From a virus, in the IMG/VR virus record IMGVR_UViG_3300008117_000025, positions 64,001 to 128,000 of that record: a stretch of DNA of 64,000 nt; one strand, 5' to 3'. Shown in pieces: positions 58,074-64,000 of the stretch. The position numbers were made by a program, and so were the translations under genes. How positions within the stretch are numbered: position 1 is the first letter of the stretch; every line of letters begins with the position of its first letter. The notes beneath the pieces were generated by a model. It did no database searches. It saw only the letters and a program-made list of their open reading frames with translations, and was not told where the DNA came from.

Positions 58074-59693
58074 TTAGAGGGTATTTAAACCAGCAACATA
58101 TACTTTACCATAGTAGTCAGGACGGATCATCTTCTTAGCGTAACGAGTCATCAAACCTTTTCTAGGAGTGAAGGTTGTTGGATCGTAAAGAAGTGGAGTC
58201 ATGATCAATGGAACGTATGGAGCGAATACAGCACCGCACTCAAGGAACTGAGCACCTTTGTAACCCATGAGGATTACGTTCTCAGTCATGTATGGGTTCT
58301 TGTATACTTTGTAGCGGCTGTTCAAAGAACCAACTTTCTGAATACCGAAGTTGAATTCCATTTTCTCGCCGTCACCATCAGAAGCAAATCCAGGAATAGA
58401 TTCAAGGATAGTAGCTACAGAAGGAGAAGTAATAAGGAAATTAGCACCACCACGTAAAGTTAACTGATGGATTGTGTTGGAAACTTTCTGTAATTTAGTA
58501 CCTAAAGTTTGGAACCAACCGCCTTGAGTGTTGTAGTAGCCAAGATCAGTAGCAGCACCAGTAGAATCTAAAGACTTGTTATTAACAGCAGTCCAACGAT
58601 CAACAGTATAAGCATTCTGGATTAACATGTCAAGGATTTCGAGGTCGATTTCCATAGAGATGTACTGAGAAAGGATACCAGTTAATTCAGCTTCAGCATC
58701 AATGCTATGATAAGCATTCAAATCCTGAGCGAATTCTGGAGTCCATTGTGCTTTTAACTTACGAGTTTTAGCAACGATAGCTTCAGATTTCAACTGAACG
58801 TCAATAGAAGGGATGTCGATAGTAGCAGGAGCATTTGTAGCACCAACTTTGGTTTTTCCGTCTTCAAAATCACCACGGCTGTCAGGAGTGTTTTGGATGT
58901 CATAATACAATGTTACGCCACCAACTAAAACACCAGCAGCAATGTTGGTAACTTTAGAAGTAGGAACAATAAAGGAAGCGGTAGTGTTAGCAGCATTGAT
59001 AGTAGTGAAAGCCTGTAATACATCAGTAACACCAAGGGTAGAACCAGAAGCGATTACGAAAGCACGAACACCATTTACATCAATGTTTGAAGGAAGAGCA
59101 ACGTTAACTTTGTAGTAGCTAGTCACAGAAGCTGAGTAGTTAGAATCAAAGTTAAAGTCAGACCAACCGATAGAGCTAGTAACAGCAGCTACACCAGAAG
59201 CGGTGTATTGGTTAATAGAGTAACCAAAGCGACCAGCACCATACAAAGAAGCGGTGTTAGCGAAATCAGTTACATTGTTAGTTGGAGCAGCGCTATAGAG
59301 AGAATCACCAACACGAAAAGGTTTAATACCGTTAGCATATTTGAAATCAAGATAGAATACAAGACCAGAAGGTAAGTTCATTGGTTGTACACTAACGAAT
59401 TCTTTAGCTGCGATTTCACCAAATACGCGGCGAACTAAAGGCAAAGCAACACCAGCCCAGTTCTCACTGTTGTATCCACCACCAGACATGCTGTTAGTTC
59501 CACCAGTTACGTTAGCTTCGGTTACTAATTGTTTTGCTTGGTTTTCAAGCAACATTGCCATTGTGTTTTTGTCAGTAGTAGAGCTAATACCTTCTAAAAG
59601 GCCAGATTTAGCCCACTTGCTTGACAACTTTTTTGCATCATCCATCACCACTTTATATTGGTTAGATGATTCGAGGAGTTGTTGTACGTTCAT
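58074..59693 (-). CDS. major capsid protein (T4 gp23-like)
   Basis: LPLVRR, VQPMNLPSGLVFY, AKTRKLKAQWTPEFAQDL, YCPY-like FAPYVPL, PRKGLMTRY. Confidence 0.96.
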   Translation of the reverse strand: MNVQQLLESSNQYKVVMDDAKKLSSKWAKSGLLEGISSTTDKNTMAMLLENQAKQLVTEANVTGGTNSMSGGGYNSENWAGVALPLVRRVFGEIAAKEFVSVQPMNLPSGLVFYLDFKYANGIKPFRVGDSLYSAAPTNNVTDFANTASLYGAGRFGYSINQYTASGVAAVTSSIGWSDFNFDSNYSASVTSYYKVNVALPSNIDVNGVRAFVIASGSTLGVTDVLQAFTTINAANTTASFIVPTSKVTNIAAGVLVGGVTLYYDIQNTPDSRGDFEDGKTKVGATNAPATIDIPSIDVQLKSEAIVAKTRKLKAQWTPEFAQDLNAYHSIDAEAELTGILSQYISMEIDLEILDMLIQNAYTVDRWTAVNNKSLDSTGAATDLGYYNTQGGWFQTLGTKLQKVSNTIHQLTLRGGANFLITSPSVATILESIPGFASDGDGEKMEFNFGIQKVGSLNSRYKVYKNPYMTENVILMGYKGAQFLECGAVFAPYVPLIMTPLLYDPTTFTPRKGLMTRYAKKMIRPDYYGKVYVAGLNTL

Positions 59694-59724
59694 TTTTAAA
59701 CGATTTAAAATTGGGTTTTGTTAA

Positions 59725-60843
59725 TTAAAATTTATTAATACCTGCTAACATTTGCCATCTAGCAACAGTATCGTTTACTTCAACGATTTGTTTTTTAGGG
59801 GCTACACCAGCAGCTTTAGAAGCAAATCCTAATGATTCTTTGATTGTGCTTTTCTTAGATTTTGCAATAGCACCATTCATTGATTCAAAAATAGCTTTAG
59901 CTTCTTTTGTAGTAGTTGCTTTATCGAATTGAGCAATTACTTTGAGTTTTTGTGATTCGTTCAAATTCTTAGCTTTGAAGATTTTGTTAACGTAAAGTAA
60001 CTTAGCATTGAGTAAGTTAGTTTCGTTTAATTCGTTACGAAGAGCATTGATAGTTTCAATTGCTTCTTTCATTTCTTTTTCATCTTCTTTTTTCTTCTTG
60101 TCGTCTTTTTTCTTAGCTTCGTACATATCATCTTTATCGTCGTCAGCTTCGTCTAAGGCATCAAGTTCAGCTAATAATTCTTCTAAATCGAAATCTTCTT
60201 CGATTTCTTCATCACCAGCTTCAGCGTCAACGTTTACAGCCACTTCATCTTCACCACCCATGTTACCCATGTCAGCGCTCATATCACCCATTTCTGGGGC
60301 TTCGCCACTACCCATTTCGGCAGAGATAATGTCTTTGATAATGTCTTTCAATTCGTCAACTGTTAAGTCGGTAATTTTGTCGGCTTCTTCAGCTTCTTCT
60401 TCTTCGGATTCCTCTTCTTCAGATTCTTCCTCTTCAGATTCTTCTTCTTCGCCTTCTTCAGCTTCATCAAGATCTTCTTTATCTTCTTTTTTACCTTCTT
60501 CAAGTTCATCTTCTTTACTTAATTCAGCTAAAATTTCAGATAAATCGAAATCTTCTTCAAGCTCATCGTCGCCTTCTTCTAATGAGGCGTGTAATTTTCT
60601 AGCATTAACGCGTTGAATGTCATCGGTAGCATAGTTGTCTGTTCCGAGTTCCATTTCATCAAGCTCTTCCTTGTCTTTAGCTTCGTCTAAATCTTCATCC
60701 ATTTCTTGTAACTTTGCAGCTAACATGGATTGAAGTTTTGGAGCAAGAGCTTCTTCAAGGGCAGCTTTAGCGTTTGCTAAGGCAGCTTCGCGAACGGCTT
60801 TAGCGTCGGCGATAGCCTCTTTGAATAAGTCTTTGTTTGACAT
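59725..60843 (-). CDS. prohead scaffold/core protein (gp22-like); start likely MSNKDL at 60843
   Basis: Highly acidic centre, coiled-coil ends, LLNAKLLY, ends RWQMLAGINKF; directly upstream of the capsid gene. Confidence 0.85.
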   Translation of the reverse strand: MSNKDLFKEAIADAKAVREAALANAKAALEEALAPKLQSMLAAKLQEMDEDLDEAKDKEELDEMELGTDNYATDDIQRVNARKLHASLEEGDDELEEDFDLSEILAELSKEDELEEGKKEDKEDLDEAEEGEEEESEEEESEEEESEEEEAEEADKITDLTVDELKDIIKDIISAEMGSGEAPEMGDMSADMGNMGGEDEVAVNVDAEAGDEEIEEDFDLEELLAELDALDEADDDKDDMYEAKKKDDKKKKEDEKEMKEAIETINALRNELNETNLLNAKLLYVNKIFKAKNLNESQKLKVIAQFDKATTTKEAKAIFESMNGAIAKSKKSTIKESLGFASKAAGVAPKKQIVEVNDTVARWQMLAGINKF

Positions 60844-60993
60844 AAAATTGTTCTCCTTAAATTTAATTGAGGAAATAAGATTATTAGGAAATCTTAATAG
60901 GGGGTTTGTAATATACCCAGGTTGCATAAAGAATGGGCAACCTATTTAGGATGCCCATAAATATATGTAGATATGTAAAAACGCAAACTGTTT

Positions 60994-61599
60994 TTAAACA
61001 GCTGCTATCTTTTGTGCTAGTGCTATTACCTCAGATGTTTTAAAAGCGGATAAACCACCTTCTAAGCCTTTAACTATGGCAGTATGTGCATCTACTGCTC
61101 CCATTCCACTTGATATAGCAGCAGCTGCTAATATAGCAGCATATACACCATGAGCAGCATCATATAATTGTGATGATTTATCTTGTACTTCTTGTCCTTT
61201 AAATTTTTTAGGAAAAGATTTTTGTAAAATAACACCGATGGCATCTACGTATGCTTCTTCTAATTGATGACCCCAATGTTTAAGAGCATTACCTACTGCT
61301 GTTCCTTGTTTTTTATCTTTTTGAAAAATAGAAGCAATACCATTTACAGCTTTACCAGCTAAATTTATTAATCCAGGAGCACCAGCAATTAGGCCTAAAG
61401 CTAAACCAGCGGCTTCATCAATTTCACCATCATTTGGAGATAATTGAACTGAGTTTGCTCCTGATTTAAGCATATTTAGTGCTAATTTTAGTCCTTGTTC
61501 AGCATCTTTATCAGCTACAGGATCAACTTGTTCGGCTTCAGTAATAATACCGGCTAATTGTTGCCAACGTTTTGCTTCTTGTATTAACATAGTGGACAT
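60994..61599 (-). CDS. putative internal head / ejection protein
   Basis: N-terminal RWQQLAGIITE (matches the scaffold C-terminus); Ala/Gly-rich helices. Confidence 0.65.
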   Translation of the reverse strand: MSTMLIQEAKRWQQLAGIITEAEQVDPVADKDAEQGLKLALNMLKSGANSVQLSPNDGEIDEAAGLALGLIAGAPGLINLAGKAVNGIASIFQKDKKQGTAVGNALKHWGHQLEEAYVDAIGVILQKSFPKKFKGQEVQDKSSQLYDAAHGVYAAILAAAAISSGMGAVDAHTAIVKGLEGGLSAFKTSEVIALAQKIAAV

Positions 61600-62201
61600 A
61601 CTCCTGTTGCGTTACAAATAATTTCAGTTATTAAGCTATTTACTTTGCTATAATCTTTTATAGAACCAAATTTCTTTGACTCAGCTAATTGCATATATGC
61701 TTGTGGAGTTGAAGGTACTGATACTAGATCCCAACACAATAGTTCGAAATCATCTTGTACTTCAACTGTTTCGCCTAATTGCTTAACAGAGCCCATACCA
61801 CGAGATGAAATACCAAGTGGAATACCAGACATTACTAATGCTTTAGCGATATTGCCTGAAGGTGTAGGTAATAATTGTAATTTACCCATTAAATCATTTC
61901 CTTTCCACCATACCTCAGTAATAACGTGGGAAGTATTTGCAAGGTTTACAACAGATGCTTCAGGATGATCGAGTTCTCCTAAGGCAGTACGTGTTTTTAC
62001 TGGTCCATCTGTGTATTTTTTTACTTCTCTTTCAAGAATTTCGCGAGGATATACACGACCATTGCCATTCTTTTGCTCAGCTTCTTGTAATTTACCAACA
62101 AGGGTAACAAGGTTTTTACCTTCACCTAATTGTTTATTTTCAACAATGGTTAGGTTTGCTGTTTGGAATGGAGTGTGATCTATTAATAATGATTTATTCA
62201 T
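61584..62201 (-). CDS. prohead core protease (T4 gp21-like)
   Basis: NGNGRVYP, LGELDHP, GISSRGMGS, DLVSVPS. Confidence 0.93.
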   Translation of the reverse strand: MNKSLLIDHTPFQTANLTIVENKQLGEGKNLVTLVGKLQEAEQKNGNGRVYPREILEREVKKYTDGPVKTRTALGELDHPEASVVNLANTSHVITEVWWKGNDLMGKLQLLPTPSGNIAKALVMSGIPLGISSRGMGSVKQLGETVEVQDDFELLCWDLVSVPSTPQAYMQLAESKKFGSIKDYSKVNSLITEIICNATGVCPLC

Positions 62202-62202
62202 A

Positions 62203-64000
62203 TTAGTATTCGTTTTCAGCGTCTAAATTATCTCTACCATCATAATATTCAGCAATTACTTCACGTACAACTTCTTCTAATGATGATTTAAATTTATCAA
62301 ATGAAGCACCTAAATCTTTTTTATCACCAACAGAGGGTAATTGTCCCATAGCCTGTTTAACAGCGTGTCTTAATGATTTTTCATTATATACGGGGTGTGA
62401 TATAACTGTTTTATAGGTATCTTCTAATTCTTCTTCTTCAATTTCAACACCAGGAATAATTTTTTTTAATTCTTCTGCTTCTACATTATTCAAAGTACCA
62501 CTAAACATAAATTCACCACCAGCCTCATTTAACTTTTTTTTTGAATCTTTAACTTTAACCATTTGATTAGCTTTATCAACTAATTCAACTGCTTCTTTTT
62601 TCTTTCTAGCCTTTTTCTCTTCAGGTGCTTTAACTTTAGGAGCTGAAGGTGATTCAACGCCAGCTAATTTTAATGCTGTGTAGTAGAATGGATTTTCTCT
62701 TAAATGATCCAAAGCAATTTTCTTTGCTTTATCTAAATCATCTGTATGTTCCAATTCAACTTTAATACCCATTCTTACTTCTTGTGGATGGAATTGATTG
62801 GGATGATCTGCTACTGCTTCTTTTTTCTTTTTAGCTTCATTAATTTTTCCTTCTGTAGGAGCAGACATTTCATCACCCATATTTCCTGGGTATAAGTCAA
62901 CACTTTCACCACGATTTCTAACAAACTTATCTAATATATGATCAATAAGTCCTTCAGAATTATCAAAGTAATAACTTTTATCTTTTTTAAATTCAGGAGT
63001 ACGGAAATAAGCATCAATTTCTTCAAAAGATTCGTATGGTATTTCTTCTCCACTTTCTTTTTCGTATCTTTGGTTTATATAATCGTGTAATCTTTCAAGA
63101 TCATAAGATGTTTTATCACTAGGATCATCCCATCCATAATAACCTTCATCCATATTTTTTAAACTTTCACTTGCATCCATACCATAGGCATCAAACATAT
63201 CAGGATCTTCATAGTCTTCATCTTCAGGATAAAATTGATCATCAACGACTTGAATTGATTTAGGATCAACATATATAAATCCTTCTCTATCTATTGAAGA
63301 AATAGTAGCAGTATATCTAGTATCATCTTCATCATATAAATCTACTGTTCCTCCAGGAGCATCAGGTTCACCACTTTGATTATCAACATACAATGTTTTA
63401 CCATTATACTCATAAGTAGGTTCATCAGTATATTCTTCACTAAGTCCACCTTCAAAATCTTGGAATTTAGTATATTTGCCTGCTTCTTCTTCTTCACCTC
63501 TAGAGATCATGTCTTCGATATCAGCATCTTCATTACCACTGAACATTGCTACAATTTGTTTAGCAGCATCTAATGGATTTTCAAATTTATCTTTTAAATT
63601 ACGTTCAGTAGTATTATCCATATAATCCTTAATATCCTCAAATACTTCTGCTGAAATATCAGGATATTCGTTTTCAATTACACCCCATATACGTCCTTTG
63701 TAAGAAGCAGCATATTTTTCTTCTGGGTCGTAATACTCAGTTAAATCACCTTCATGTCCTTCAACATCAACAGCATCTTGTGGGAACATAGATTCTAATT
63801 CATCTGGGTCCATGCCTGTATTTTGGGCTAGGAGTTCTAAAGCTTCAGAATATGAGTATCCTTTAGCAAGAAGATTTTTAAAATCATTTTCAACACCACC
63901 TAATTCAGCGTTGCGGTTAAGATCACCTTCAGTTAAAATAGCCTTGTTTTTAAGGATTTTAACAGCATCTTTAAATGAAGTTACATTAGTAATGTATTGA
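62203..64000 (-). CDS. large acidic putative internal head protein with DUF5661-like domain; 5' end beyond the window
   Basis: The frame stays open from 63813 to the window edge (QYITNVTSFKDAVKILKNKAILTE...). MGIKVELEHT...IALDHL.ENPFYY motif; repeated L/I-x-E sites. Confidence 0.75.
   Translation of the reverse strand, partial: QYITNVTSFKDAVKILKNKAILTEGDLNRNAELGGVENDFKNLLAKGYSYSEALELLAQNTGMDPDELESMFPQDAVDVEGHEGDLTEYYDPEEKYAASYKGRIWGVIENEYPDISAEVFEDIKDYMDNTTERNLKDKFENPLDAAKQIVAMFSGNEDADIEDMISRGEEEEAGKYTKFQDFEGGLSEEYTDEPTYEYNGKTLYVDNQSGEPDAPGGTVDLYDEDDTRYTATISSIDREGFIYVDPKSIQVVDDQFYPEDEDYEDPDMFDAYGMDASESLKNMDEGYYGWDDPSDKTSYDLERLHDYINQRYEKESGEEIPYESFEEIDAYFRTPEFKKDKSYYFDNSEGLIDHILDKFVRNRGESVDLYPGNMGDEMSAPTEGKINEAKKKKEAVADHPNQFHPQEVRMGIKVELEHTDDLDKAKKIALDHLRENPFYYTALKLAGVESPSAPKVKAPEEKKARKKKEAVELVDKANQMVKVKDSKKKLNEAGGEFMFSGTLNNVEAEELKKIIPGVEIEEEELEDTYKTVISHPVYNEKSLRHAVKQAMGQLPSVGDKKDLGASFDKFKSSLEEVVREVIAEYYDGRDNLDAENEY

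Noticed and set aside
60844-60927. 28-aa N-terminal extension of the scaffold given by the ORF track
   Set aside because: Structured leader-like sequence; the A-rich context favours ATG at 60843
251-63999. All plus-strand ORFs in the track (e.g. 251..538, 41826..42221, 45175..45465, 60008..60616)
   Set aside because: Antisense shadows of strong minus-strand genes or of repeats, with no independent motifs or starts
1-64000. tRNA/rRNA genes, introns, inteins, homing endonucleases, integrase or transposase
   Set aside because: Intergenic gaps are short; no cloverleaf, LAGLIDADG/HNH/GIY-YIG or intein motifs were recognised; NrdJ, helicase and RecA have uninterrupted sizes

Overview
A 64 kb segment of a large, AT-rich, T4-like contractile-tailed dsDNA phage. 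All credible genes lie on the minus strand in the standard genetic code. A Bacteroidota host is inferred from TTTG-N18-20-TATATTTA promoters and SD-less, A-rich translation starts. From left to right: (1) a 7-deazaguanine module (queC, cut by the window edge; TGT-fold dpdA-like gene; queD); (2) nucleotide and replication genes (class II RNR NrdJ, thioredoxin, DnaB-like helicase, 5'-3' exonuclease, RecA/UvsX, gp32-like SSB, a short atypical family A polymerase); (3) baseplate and tail genes (hub with an M15 peptidase, gp53/LysM-like protein, a 679-codon baseplate frame missed by the ORF track, tape measure, a tail chaperone with a likely programmed frameshift, tube, sheath); (4) a 13.5 kb modification island of glycosyltransferases (including an Aah/TibC-type heptosyltransferase fusion and a GT4-FkbM-GT2-CmcI fusion) plus five tandem 2OG-Fe(II) oxygenases; (5) adjacent fibre genes, namely a 1732-aa nested multi-propeller protein and two proteins with proline-free Ser/Thr-rich Gly-X-Y collagen-like tracts; (6) neck, PhoH (C-terminally truncated), major capsid, scaffold, prohead protease and internal head proteins. 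The strongest candidate for a new system is phage-encoded O-glycosylation of Ser/Thr collagen-like fibres. All family calls are from motif recognition by eye, with no database searches.
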